DNA of 64,000 nucleotides from Octopus sinensis (taxonomy: Eukaryota): assembly GCF_006345805.1 (NCBI RefSeq), contig NC_042998.1, positions 35,278,001 to 35,342,000 on the forward strand, written 5' to 3'. The position numbers were made by a program, and so were the translations under genes. Below, in pieces: positions 38,400 to 52,929 of the stretch. Position 1 is the first letter of the stretch. Each line of letters opens with the position of its first letter. The notes under the pieces were generated by a model. It was given only the letters and a program-made list of their open reading frames with translations, was not told the origin of the DNA and did not search any database.

Positions 38400-39050
38400 G
38401 TAATCTGTGTCTTGGTGTGAAGATTTGCTATATTCCTTCTATACAAAGCTCACGTTTATTTTCTCCTGCATGATACAGTTTAGCTGTACTAATTATCTCC
38501 CACTCTGTGATATAGCTATGGTTCCTATTTTTAAGGGACCAGATTACTTTGCTTAGGTTCGTGTTGTTCATCTTACTTCTATCTCTAAATGAACTTAAAT
38601 GATTAGCAAGTCTTTTTCTGAAATTTAGCGAGCTGGCCGCTATATAGAAGTAAGTCCTTCCCTCGGAAGTGGCTTTGCATCTATATACTAGGTTCTTCGT
38701 CAAACAGCTAGAGTTTAAGGGGCATACTTTATTCCCAGCACATTTACAGAGACCTAGTTCCCTGTCTTTATTATTTATTGTGTTATAGTTCCTGCTACAT
38801 GTCTCTGCTGCTCCTTAGTTTACTACCATCACCCACTGCAGTGCGTGTTATATTGGTGTCAGAGTCCGAATCCCGTCTGTTATTAACTATTCCTGCTTTG
38901 TCAGCCGTTTTAATATTATCAATATTCCCGTTGATGGGTTCATTTTTCCTTGTCTTGTCTCCTATTTTCATCGGTTCTTCGGAAGTCTTCTCACGTTGTG
39001 TATTACTAGGTTACGGCTAGTGGAATAAGAGAGCCTGAATAGTTAATAAC
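38400..39050 (-). pseudogene. PLE GIY-YIG endonuclease remnant (Naiad-like)
   Basis: CKCAGNKVCPLNSSCLTKNLVYRC..YFYIAASSLNFRKRLANHLSSF..NTNLSKVIWSLK..WEII. Confidence 0.8.
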
Positions 39051-39559
39051 AGAATGTGCTTTTTATGGTACAATTATTGTACACTTAACCTTTAGTACCT
39101 TCTGTATCAAATGTATTCAAATGTTGTATAGTATACAATAATGACATTACTATAGTAGCTTTTAAGTTTCATAGTGAATCCCCGTTCTGACATTCAATAT
39201 TATATCAAGTATATTCAAATATACTTCATTAGTTAGCTTCTTGTGGTTGCATCCTGGATTTCTCATATGGTATGTTTAATTTTATCAAGTGTTCATATCG
39301 ATTATATTTTATGTACAGAATCGTAAGTGCAGAGATGAACAGAAAAATCAGGCGTGTATATAAATCAGTTAACTACGTTAAGCTTTCAACGATAATAATT
39401 AAATGGATGAAGACGAACTGGAACTATACGGAAGAGCAGCCTAAATCCAATTATCTGAAAAATTAATTAAATCCAGTGTCATTAAGTTTCGCCTCAGAGG
39501 AAGTGATTACGATCTTGTTGATATTCTAAGTAGGCTCGTTCATTCTATATGTTAACCGC

Positions 39560-39609
<50 letters not shown>

Positions 39610-39737
39610 GTGTTTGTGTGTGTGTGTTATGTATAGGCATACGTATATATGTTAGAATTTATTAACTCAGTCGCATATCTTTCCTGTTATTCGTCGACTT
39701 TTCTTTCTAACAACTGACTATCCTCTCTCTCTCTCTT

Positions 39738-39836
<99 letters not shown>

Positions 39837-40222
39837 ATTTCATGTTTATCCTTATTAATTATATTTTGTGGCAGTGGAGGTTGACGGTATGATAGCAGAA
39901 AACTAGAATCCCCAGTTGCACATGTACATACATAATTTTAATTAATTCATTTATGGGTTTCATTAATTATATTGAGGCCAGGTTGGGACACCCATATCGA
40001 GAACGTTTACCATAATATAACGAGACCCAGTGCTTTGGTATATACCAGGTTCACTAAGAAGCGGGCAACGTTTTGAACCATGAAGAATCTGTACCGGATT
40101 TTTCCAGAGTTTTTAATTTCTTAAACTTTTTTTTTTTTTTTGCAATTGTTTGATAATATAAACATAAACTTGCCCAAATGCTTCAATAAATGAACATTGA
40201 TATTTTTCCACCGTCGTTACAA

Positions 40223-40350
40223 TCATCTGAAATGGAACGGTCAAAGCGCAATATTCGAGCAATTTTGCTATTCAACTTCAAAAAAGGACGTGAAGCAGCT
40301 GAAACTGCTTGTGATATCACCGAAACGTTTGGTGAGGAATTGACCAGTCA
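40223..40350 (+). pseudogene. Mariner (DD34D-like) transposase N-terminal HTH fragment
   Basis: MERSKRNIRAILLFNFKKGREAAETACDITETFGEE. Confidence 0.75.
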
Positions 40351-40436
40351 GTGGCTGGTATCAGTAAAGGAATACGCATATATACACGTATATAGTGTAT
40401 ATCCAGGTTTAAACATGTAATCACCTTTCTCTCTCA

Positions 40437-40550
<114 letters not shown>

Positions 40551-40559
40551 AGATAATAT

Positions 40560-40721
40560 ATATATATATATATCTTTCTCTCCTTTTCTCTCCTTTTTTT
40601 CTCTTCTTGTTTCTCTCCTTGTTTTTTTTTCTGTGTCCCTTTCTGTAGAAGAGCGTAGGCTCGAAACGTTTGTTTTGTACACCACCTGTCTTCGTCTTTT
40701 GTTTTTTTCGTAAACTCTCCC

Positions 40722-40725
<4 letters not shown>
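40560..40725 (+). mobile_element. Short PLE-type repeat with an HHR-like motif (40640-40670)
   Basis: TTT-CTGTAGA-A-GAGC(GTAG)GCTC-GAAAC-GT-T; (TA)n flanks. Confidence 0.65.
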
Positions 40726-40779
<54 letters not shown>

Positions 40780-40789
40780 ATATAATAAA

Positions 40790-41525
40790 TTAATAAATAA
40801 ATAAAACATATACATATATACATACATATATGTACGTACCTACCTCTACATGTATATATACATGCATATATGGGTACAGGACACCAAAAAAACGTCGAAC
40901 ACAATGAGAAACGAAAACATAAACACAAAACCAAGGAAATGGACATTTTTCTTAAACAACGAAAAAATAGAGTACAGGACATACAAAACAAGGAAAATTC
41001 CCCTTCTTCAGTCGCCTTTGTTTCATCTACACGTTTCGAAGGTCAAGGCGATACATGACTTTAATGAAACAATCCTTCCCGCGAAAATCAAATTAAATAA
41101 AATTTGTGATTTTATCTCGTTCGGCTTAACAGCCCTTCTTGTTTGTGTTGCAGCTATTCTCCTTGTCCTGTCTTTTACTGTTTATATTTTGTACTGTCGT
41201 TACTGTCCTGTTTTTGTTACTATTTTTACCCCTCCGCAAAAAAAATCTAAAATTTTATTTAATTTGATTTTCGTGGGAAGGATTGTTTCATTAAAGTCAT
41301 GTATCGCCTTGACCTTCGGAACGTGGAGTAGATGAAACAAAGGCGACTGAAGAAGGGGAATTTTCCTTGTTTTGTATGTCCTGTACTCTATTTTTTCGTT
41401 GTTTAAGAAAAATGTCCATTTCCTTGGTTTTGTGTTTATGTTTTCGTTTCTCATTGTGTTCGACGTTTTTTTTTTTGGTGTCCTGTACCCATATATGCAT
41501 ATACATATGTTTTATTTATTTATTC
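40790..41525. mobile_element. Fold-back repeat element with ~245-bp arms and a ~150-bp spacer
   Basis: 40860-41105 is the reverse complement of ~41250-41500; (TA)n flanks. Confidence 0.8.
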
Positions 41526-41583
41526 ATTTATTATATGACGGAACGCACGCATCCATTTCTTAGTAAGATTGTTCTTAATATAT

Positions 41584-41641
<58 letters not shown>

Positions 41642-42469
41642 TATATATATATATGCACTTTCACATCGTTTTGGGTGATTTATTTATACTTGAGGATCCC
41701 AGAGATCAATATATACCACGGTTTCCATAAGAGCACATCTGAAAATGTAATTTCACAGTCGTACACTGCATTATTTATGAGATATACCCAATAGCACCGC
41801 CCCCCCCCCCCCCAGACCACCCCCGCCGCTTCCCTACTCCACAGTAACGGCAACGCTTGTTTTTAAAAATTCAACTGTGCTGAGATAGAGTAATTACGCT
41901 GGGAATCATGCTGTGTTGATGTATTAACAATTTCTAACGGCTATCAAACGATCTCTAATTAACTCTCTCTGTGTGAATTAAGACGTGCTTTATATATGGC
42001 CAGGAACTGTTTCTCCGAAGTATCATAGAAATGAGTTAGAAATTTTCTGACCTCTGAACTTAAAACTGAAATAAATTAAAATAAAATAAAATAAAATGCA
42101 AAAATATAAAGATTTAGAAACTGCTTACTCTGTTCTGTACATCCGCCATATTGCTGAAAACTTGCAGGCAGATCATCTAAGACCTTATTAATGTTTTAAT
42201 CAATAAAATGTACTTACCGAATGCCCGCACGCACAACCACAAACTCATCCATACATACACACACATACACACACACACACATCCATATACACAAACATAC
42301 TAATACACTCACATGTACACACATACAGAGACATGTATGTACATCGATGCGTGAGTGAACGTCATTCATCTTCTTTTCCTTTTTCTTTCTTTCTTTCTTT
42401 CTCTCTCGGCCTTTCACGCACAAACACAAACGCATTATGTATTTCTTTTCATCGCTTTTAACTTTTAAA

Positions 42470-42686
42470 TGTTCAATCCACGGCATTGCGGCCATGCTGG
42501 GGCACCACTTTGAAAGGTTCAGTCGACCAAACACAAACATAAAGATACATCTATCTATCTATAACGGGCTTCTTAAGTACGTCGAACCGTGACTATAGTA
42601 GAAGACTCTTGCCCAAGATGCCACACAGAGGCACTGAACCCAACACCACATGATTGAGAAATTCTTACCACACAGCCACGCCTATA
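42470..42686 (-). mobile_element. SINE family B, internally deleted
   Basis: Reverse-complement head CTTACCACACAGCCACGCC at ~42664-42682 and 3' GCGGCCATGCTGGGGCACC at ~42488-42506. Confidence 0.75.
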
Positions 42687-43084
42687 TACTAGCAGTATAA
42701 CCCGGCGTTGCTCGGGTTTATTTTCTTTTCGACCCTTTAGAATTGGAATTTTTGAAAAGTAAAAATTTTGCATTATGTAGCATGTTATTCTCTTTAAGTG
42801 AACATTTTTCTGGTTGAAATACACCAAAAAATCGCGACACGGCAGTCAAAAAATCGTAAAAAATAAGGATTTTCATAGTAAAAAAGCACCTTTTTGATGT
42901 AAATAATTTTTGCTGTTAACATTGTCCGATTTGAATTTTTTTCTTCTACGGAATGAAGAACAAGCCTTCTTTTATCAATTTTGGTCAACTTGCGCCGCAG
43001 GGTCTCGTAGGAGATAGTGTTAGCTGAAGGCTACCAAACCTGCCAGACACACACAGAGACAACCTCAGCTTTATATATAAAGAT
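42687..43084 (+). mobile_element. Non-autonomous Helitron/Helentron-like (DINE/HINE-type) element
   Basis: 5' TACTAGCAGTATAACCCGGCGTTGCTCGGG with a CCCG/CGGG hairpin; 3' (CAGA/CA)n then CTCAGCTTTATATATAAAGAT. Confidence 0.65.
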
Positions 43085-43589
43085 ATATATATATATATGT
43101 AAGTAGCTGTGCGTGTCTGTATGCATATCGGCTCACTCTTAGTCTTACTGCTAACATGTTACCCAATACAGAACATTTCACACTCGGGCTGTCGGCTACT
43201 AAACCAGCAACCCTGTCAAGGTATGTAGGGGTGATGGCTTTCGTTAGAAACGAATAACAAAACCTGTCAAACGAGGGATGAACTCAGTAGAATCAACAGC
43301 CATCCAACAGCTGGTGTTTGGCTATTTCTTTGTTTGGCTATTTCTCAGGAAGAAAGGAATTCCGAAATAAGAACCGCCTCATTGCGAAGCCAAAGATCTT
43401 ATGTAGGTGAGAAGCATAGCAGTGTTGTGGATGTTGTACTTGATTTAAGCTCGAGTATTGTTGATATCACATTGTCCATCTAGCGATGGTCATCCTCCTC
43501 TACAAGTCTACAGCCCCTATATCAATATATATATGTGGTGGGGGGGTTTAAGGGTGGATTGTTACCAATTTTTCAACCTTGTCAGTAAA

Positions 43590-43699
43590 TAAGGCGGTGC
43601 ATTATTGTGGGTATGAGTTGTTTTGACACTTGAGAAAATCTTTTACGTTTCGAACCTACGCTCTTCAACAGAAAGAAACACAAAAAATAGACAGGGAGA

Positions 43700-43705
<6 letters not shown>
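43590..43705 (-). mobile_element. Short PLE-type repeat with an HHR-like motif (43640-43675)
   Basis: CTTT-CTGTTGA-A-GAGC(GTAG)GTTC-GAAAC-GT-A-AAAG. Confidence 0.65.
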
Positions 43706-43746
<41 letters not shown>

Positions 43747-43833
43747 TATTGGAGACAAAACCACTATTTTGCAAAACAAACAAGGAAAGACTTAATCAAT
43801 ACATAAAATTTTAATAAATAGTCAAAAAAACCG

Positions 43834-43876
43834 CCACTACAATTGTTTCTTGTCTTGATCGACAATCTTCAGGTGG
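43834..43876 (-). ncRNA. Canonical type I hammerhead ribozyme
   Basis: CCAC-CTGAAGA-TTGTC(GATCAA)GACAA-GAAAC-AATT-GT-A-GTGG: stem I CCAC/GTGG, 5-bp stem II, palindromic stem III ACAATTGT, GUA site. Confidence 0.8.
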
Positions 43877-45850
43877 ACTTCCAATCTAAAATATCAATAT
43901 TTTAAAATATAAAAATAATAATTTTAAAATAATTAAAGTATGAATGAAAAATATAAATATATAATCCATATATAACCTATATATAATCCATATATAATCA
44001 ATATATAAACAATATATAAACTAAAATAAACCTATCAACAATTAAATATAAAATATAAAATATAAAATATAAAATATAAAACAAAACAAAAAAATAATAA
44101 TAATATAATAATAAACTATATATACACCCATACACATATACCTAATTATATATAACCATATCTAACTACATACACTAAATCACACCCCTATATATATATC
44201 CCTATACATACACATAAAAACGTCTAGGCAACTATAAATAAATAAAATAGCTAAATACTTCAACACAATACTTATTCATACTCCCACACACACACACATA
44301 CAACCACATTCACGCTCTAGAAAACGGACATCACTTAAAATTATGAACGGAGAAATGGAATAAATGGAATTAAAATTATATTCACTTGGTAAAACGAACA
44401 CTACTTAAAAATTATGAATGAAACATGCGATAAAACAACAGACATCGCAAATAGACACAAATTACTACGAATCCTTAACAAACCTACCATGATAAACCAA
44501 AACTCATAAAACATATAATGATAAAATCTCCCTTTACTAAACTCTATAACATACCTATATAGCAATCCCCCTAACCTAAACATTCACACACAAATACACA
44601 CACGTAAACCACACACCCACGACATATACAAATCCCACACCCACTTACACATACTATACTATACATATAAACCTCAACATATACTCCAAAAACCCACTCA
44701 ACCCCACACAGACAAATAAAACACAAAAATTATGAATGGATTCTTTTATAAAACTACCATGATAAGCTAAAACTCACAAAACATAAATGATAAAACCTCC
44801 CTTTACTAAACACTATAACATACTATATAGCAATCCCTTTAACCTATACATTCACACACAAATACACACACGTAAACCACACACCCATAACAAATACAAA
44901 CACCCACCCCACTCACACACACCCACAAGTACATATAAGCCTCAACATATACACCAAACAAAATTACTTTACCAAGGAACTTAACATATGTATAAAAAGT
45001 ATAACCGCTCTGGAAACGAACATCTTTTAAAATAATGAATGGAGAAATGGAATAAATGGAATTAAAAATAATATTCACGTGGCAAAACGAACACCCTCAA
45101 AAATTATGAATGAAACAATGTAATAAAACAACCAACATCGAAAATAGACAAATTACCACGAATTCCCTAAAAAAAACCATGATAAACCAAAACTCTTAAA
45201 AACATATAACGATAAAATCTCCCTTTGCTAAACTCTATAAACAAACTATATAGCAATCCCCCTAACCTAAACATTCACACACAAAAAACACACACGTAAA
45301 CCACAGACCCACGACTTATACACATACCTATACTAACTTATAAACCTCAATATACACCAAAAACCCACTCCCTCCCCACACAGACAAATTAACACATACA
45401 TCCCAAAACCTAAATAACAAACCCATATACACATTCACACACACAAACACACACACACGCAAAACACACACACACAACATTACATATACTCCCTCACATA
45501 TACGCATATACATACTCACTAAACTCGATATATACAACAATATTTACACACCCACACTCATACAGATAAATAAATTATACAACTAAAAACTCACACACAA
45601 TCTCATATACATAAACACTCCAATAAAAAACAACATTAAATACATCGTAATTAACCAGAATATCAAAAATAACAATATGACTTAAGGAGAAATAAAATAC
45701 ATACTTAAAAGTCAGTTTCAAATTATGAAGTGAAATTAAATTCTTAGCCGTTAAAAAAACCAAACCAAAATTACGTTACCATAGAAATATAACTTATGTA
45801 AAAAAAAAAAAAAGAATACGCGCCATGGAAAGTAAACGTCATTTAAAATT

Positions 45851-46780
45851 ATGAATGGAGAAATAGAACTAAATAAATATTATAATAATAATAATATAAA
45901 TAAGAATAATAAAAATAAAAATAAATTTAATAATTATTATAATAATTATATTGATAAAATTAATAATATTAATAATTCCTTAAATGCTGTACATAGATAT
46001 AATTTTGATAATAATTTTAATAAAATAAAGAATTATAAATATATTTATAATAATGATAATAATAATAAGGTTATTAAGAATAAAATATGGTTAATAGTTC
46101 CTTATGGAGATCAAGTAAAAACGAATATTATTAAAGAGATTTTAGATGTTATAGAACTATTTATTAGAGATAATCGTAAATATAGAAACATTTTCTCTTT
46201 TAATAATTTTGGAGTTGGTTATTCTACCACTAATAATGTTGGTAACATTATTTCTTCATTTAATAAATATAAACTGAATAATTTTTATAAAAAGAAATTA
46301 TTTGATAATAATATTAATAATGATAAGACTTATATTAATTGTACATGTAGAGATAAATCTAATTGTATATTAAATAATAATTGTGATATTAACGATGTAG
46401 TGTATAAATGTATAGTTAATTACATGATAATAACTTTAGAATAATAATTACCCAAAAGCGGTTATATAGGTTCTACTTCCTCAAAAATAAAACTAAGAAT
46501 CGCACAACATATGAATTCTTTTAAAAATAAAAACTTAATCAACTCAACCGGACTTAGTAAGTACATTTGGAGTCTTAAATCACTAAAATTAATTATAGTT
46601 TAATTTGGGAAATAATTTGTAAAACTAAATCATATACTATAGGAGCTAATTGTTGTTATTTATGCTATAATGAGTTTAAAGAAATTTTATTTTATAAGTA
46701 TGATAATTTACTTAATACTGGTGAAGAGCGCAAAATAAATGCAGACATAAGTTACTTTACCTATATAATAAGTTTCATGA
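45851..46780 (+). pseudogene. PLE thumb/linker + GIY-YIG (Naiad-like), very AT-rich, disrupted after 46444
   Basis: WLIVPYGDQVKTNIIKEILDVIE..IFSFNN..YSTTNNVGNIISSFN..CTCRDKSNCILNNNC..VVYKC; continues across stops and frameshifts as YIGSTSSKIKLRIAQHMNSFKN..TGLSKYIWSLK. Confidence 0.8.
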
Positions 46781-49700
46781 TAAATAGCAATAATAGTTCC
46801 TATTAGGTTATTTAGTTTAGTTTAAATTAGTTTAGATAATATATTTTTTGGTATGTAGTCTAGGCTTTAATTATAGTTAGTCTTTATTGATATTTCTTTG
46901 TTTTAATTAGTTCATTTTAATGTATATTAATATAACTTTATGGTATGTTAAAACTTTAAAAATTTATATTAGATTTTTTTTATTTCTTTATTTAAATATT
47001 TTTTATTTTATTTATTTTATTATGTATTTTTATTATGCATTTGTTATATGTATTTTGGAGGATATATTTATATGTTGATGGGTGTTATTTAGTGGTGTTT
47101 TTATTGAGTTTTGTATGTATGTGTGAATGTTTACGATCCCTTTGTTTTTTGTTTTTATTTGGTATGTTGAATTGACAGATTTTATTTGGGTATTGTCTGT
47201 TATAATAAAGTATACACACCCATAACAAATATAAGTGCCCACTTCATTCGCGCGTACCTGGAATTGCATGTGAGCCTCAATATATACACCAAACGGCCAC
47301 TCCCGTCTATACGGACAAATAAACACATACATCCCCAAAATGGGCGTAATCCCACTCACACCAATCATATGTATACAATTATACACACTAGAATAATACA
47401 TAACTAACCCAAATATACAGAACATATTAAAAATCACCACAAACCACCATCACAAATGAAACCTACACCCATACAATGACAAAACTCCCCCCTCTATACC
47501 CAATTTACACCCACATAGCAATCCCAATATATTCATCCATACATGGACGCACGTGCGTGAAGCACATGCACACAATAAATACGTACAACCCCCCAATACA
47601 CACTCATATACATACGTATCAAGCTCGACATCCACAGCAATACGCTTACACCCACTCACACCCAGATGGGTGAATTGTACAACCAGGGAACGCACACACA
47701 CACGTGTGCGTATTTTGATTGTGCAACTCGCCCATATGCATGTATGCGGCGCGATTACATTGTTGCACATATCGAGCCCAACTAGCATGCATATGTACAT
47801 GTGAGGGGGTACACGTACATGCCGTGCGCGTGTACCCCCTGCATTTATACCCGTGCGTGAATATACACATGGAGACTACCACACAGGTACAAATGTGTAT
47901 AGTAATGGGAGCCCCATCACTACACTCAATGTATACTCTCACCCATCCGCACGGATTGAAAGCGAATCTCCGGTGTATATGTTGAGGTTTATATGTAGCG
48001 CTGTGGAGTTGAACGTCGTTGAAATTGTGAATGAATGGGTGGAGTTGGGAATTGTAACCGGGTGGTGGGCTAGCGTTGCTTGGAATTGGGAATGGAATAG
48101 TGTAGTAGTAAGGCAGGTATCGAGAATAGATTTGGGTTACTGCAAGTTGTTTTTAGAGCTGCTAAGATGAGCTAAAGCTCATAATTGTATATAATAATTT
48201 ATTATGGTAGTTTTATTAAAGAATCCATTCATAATAAATTTTGTTTAAGTAGTGTTGGTTTGCCACGTGGATATAGTTTTTAGTTCCATTTATTCTATTT
48301 CTCCATTCATAATTTTAAATGACGTTTACTTTCCATGGCGCGTATTCTTTTTTTTTTTACATAGTTATATTTCTATGGTAACGTAATTTTGGTTTGGTTT
48401 TTTTAACGGCTAAGAATTTAATTTCACTTCATAATTTGAAACTGACTGTAAGTATGTATTATATTTCTCCTTATGTCATATTGTTATTTTTGATATTCTG
48501 GTTAATTACGATGTATTTAATGTTTTTTTTATTGGAGTGTTTATGTATATGAGATTGTGTGTGAGTTTTTAGTTGTATAATTTATTTATCTGTATGAGTG
48601 TGGGTGTGTAAATATTGTTGTATATATCGAGTTTAGTGAGTATGTATATGCGTATATGTGAGGGAGTATATGTATCTGTTGTGTGTGTTGTTTTGCGTGT
48701 GTGTGTGTTTGTGTGTGAATGTGTATATGGTTTGTTATTTAGGTTTTGGGATGTATGTGTTAATTTGTCTGTGTGGGGAGGGAGTGGGTTTTTGGTGTAT
48801 ATTGAGGTTTATAAGTTAGTATAGGTATGTGATAAGTCGTGGGTCTGTGGTTTACGTGTGTGTTTTTGTGTGTGAATGTTTAGATTAGGGGGGTTGCTAT
48901 ATAGGTTTTTATAGAGTTTAGCAAAGGGAGATTTTTCGTTATATGTTTTTAAGAGTTTTGGTTTATCATGGTTTTTTTAGGGAATTCGTGGTAATTTGTC
49001 TATTTTCGATGTTGGTTGTTTTATTACATTGTTTCATTCATAATTTTTGAGGGGTGTTCGTTTTGCCACGTGAATATTATTTTTAATTCCATTTATTCCA
49101 TTTCTCCATTCATTATTTAAAAGATGTTCGTTTCCAGAGCGGTTATACTTTTTATACATATGTTAAGTTCCTTGGTAAGTAATTTTGTTTGGTGTATATG
49201 TTGAGGCTTATATGTACTTGTGGTGGTGTGTGAGTGGGGTGGGTGTTTGTATTTGTTTGGTGTGTGGTTTACGTGGTGTGTATTTGTGTGTGAATGTATA
49301 GGTTAAAGGGATTGCTATATAAGTATGTTATAGTGTTTAGTAAAGGGAGGTTTTATCATTTATGTTTTGTGAGTTTTAGCTTATCATGGTAGTTTTATAA
49401 AAGAATCCATTCATAATTTTTGTGTTTATTTGTCTGTGTGGGGTTGAGTGGGTTTTTGGAGTATATGTTGAGGTTTATATGTATGTATAGGTATGTGTAA
49501 GTGGTGTGGGTATTTGTATATGTCGTGGGTGTGTGGTTTACGTGTGTGTATTTGTGTGTGAATGTTTAGGTTAGGGGGATTGCTATATAGGTATGTTATA
49601 GAGTTTAGTTAAGGGAGATTTTATCATTATATGTTTTTATGAGTTTGGTTTATCATGGTAGGTTTGTTAAGTATTCGTAGTAATTTGTGTCTATTTGCGA

Positions 49701-50270
49701 TGTCTGTTGTTTTATCGCATTGTTTCATTCATAATTTTTAAGTAGTGTTCGTTTTAACCAAGTGAATATAATTTTTAATTCCATTTATTCCATTTCTCCG
49801 TTCATAATTTTAAGTGATGTCCGTTTTCTAGAGCGTGAATGTGGGTTGTATGTGTGTGTGTGTGGGAGTATGAATAAGTATTGTGTTGAAGTATTTAGCT
49901 ATTTTATTTATTTATAGTTGCCTAGACGTTTTTATGTGTATGTATAGGGATATATATATAGGGATGTGATTTAGTGTATGTAGTTAGATATGGTTATATA
50001 TAATTAGGTATATGTGTATGGGTGTATATATAGTTTATTATTATATTATTATTATTTTTTTGTTTTGTTTTATATTTTATATTTTATATTTTATATTTTA
50101 TATTAATTGTTGATAGGTTTATTTTAGTTTATATATTTTATATATTGATTATATATGGATTATATATAGGTTATATATGGATTATATATTTATATTTTTT
50201 CATTCATACTTTAATTATTTTAAAATTATTATTTTTATATTTTAAAATATTGATATTTTAGATTGGAAGT

Positions 50271-50313
50271 CCACCTGAAGATTGTTGATCAAGACAAGAA
50301 ACAATTGTAGTGG
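50271..50313 (+). ncRNA. Canonical type I hammerhead ribozyme (mirror of 43834-43876)
   Basis: CCAC-CTGAAGA-TTGTT(GATCAA)GACAA-GAAAC-AATT-GT-A-GTGG; the single change gives a U.G wobble in stem II. Confidence 0.8.
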
Positions 50314-50494
50314 CGGTTTTTTTTGACTATTTATTAAAATTTTATGTATTGATTAAGTCTTTCCTTGTTTGTTTTGCAAAATAGTGGTTTTGTCTCTAAT
50401 AATATTTTATTTTATTTTATAATATTTTACTATAAAATTGGATTAATCCTAAATCTGATTTTTCCCTGTAAATTTGGATTTATTCCCTAATATT

Positions 50495-51740
<1,246 letters not shown>

Positions 51741-51936
51741 CTCATATACATACTCTCACACTCGCATGCATATTAAACATATACTGTATATATATGTAAT
51801 CATATACATATATCTTTATCCATATGTTTATCTAATTGTAATTATGTGTGTATACATATGCATATATGTATGTATGCATGATATATATGCATCGTATATA
51901 TATATAATATATAATATATATAATAATATATATAGA

Positions 51937-51975
<39 letters not shown>

Positions 51976-52471
51976 GTGTGTGTGGGTGTGCACGCGTATC
52001 TGTGCCTGTCTCTATGTGCGTGTTTCTTTTACCTCTCCACCACCACCACGTTCGTTGGTGTGTTCTAAACTGGAAAGATGCGGCTACGTTCCTACTTTTC
52101 TGATGCAAGACGACAAGGCAAAGGAAGAACAAATTAAGCAGCGAAATCATTGAGAGACAAGAACATTTTTCTCGGGGTTATCTACGATACTTCCTATGAC
52201 CGACCGAAAAATCTGAATAATTGGTTTTAAAATCGCTTTAAAGAACTGTAGCACCAAGATAAATATAACTGACATTTTATTTTCAAGATGAAATCGAGTT
52301 AAAGCATTTTAACTCAATTGACAGCATTAATTTCGTTGTGTTATTAGTCTCAGGCAAAACAGACAAGACACTTATGTATTATAATCACATGGAATTATGA
52401 AAAAAATTTTAAAAAAACGAAAATGTAAACAATATATAGATTTAGTATTAGTATTATGTATTATTGAATGC

Positions 52472-52830
52472 GGAGACGCAATGGCCCAGTGGTCAGGGCA
52501 GCGTACTCGCGGTCGTAGGATCGCGGTTTCGATTCCCAGACCGGGCGTTGTGAGTGTTTATTGAGCGAAAACACCTAAAGCTCCACGAGGCTCCGGCAGG
52601 GGGTGGTGGTGATCCCTGCTGTACCCTTTCACCACAACTTTCTCTCACTCTTACTTCCTGTTTCTGTTGTACCTGTATTTCAAAGGGCCGGCCTTCTCGC
52701 TCTCTGTGTCACGCTGAATATCCCCGAGAACTGTGGAGTGCTCAGCCACTTACACGTTAATTTCACGAGCTGGCTGTTCCGTTGATCGGATCAACCGGAA
52801 CCCACGTTGTCGTAACCGACGGAGTGCTTC
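52472..52830 (+). mobile_element. tRNA-derived SINE family C, alternative 3' half
   Basis: GGAGACGCAATGGCCCAGTGGTCAGGGCAGCG..GTTTCGATTCCC head; diverges from the 54620 copy after CTCTCACTCT. Confidence 0.85.
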
Positions 52831-52929
52831 CCTCCTATTGTATGCATTAGAGTAGTGGTTAACCGAATCGGAAGAAACGTGTTGTTCACTTATTCCGGCG
52901 TAGATATTGTCTTTCTCAACAGTCAACAA

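Larger units (their letters stand above)
43741..50407. mobile_element. 6.7-kb inverted PLE structure: ~2.1-kb arms around a GIY-YIG-containing spacer
   Basis: 43741-~45868 is the reverse complement of ~48293-50407 with scattered differences; arms contain ~350-400-bp tandem units; a canonical HHR lies near each outer end. Confidence 0.85.

Noticed and set aside
41340-41375. CTGAAGA-AGG..CCTT as a hammerhead
   Set aside because: No GAAA or stem III follows
44340-45870. Tandem units as a CRISPR array or a coding repeat
   Set aside because: Units are hundreds of bp with no repeat-spacer alternation, and the context is eukaryotic; the minus-strand YVIEFSKG only superficially resembles the Helitron Rep motif
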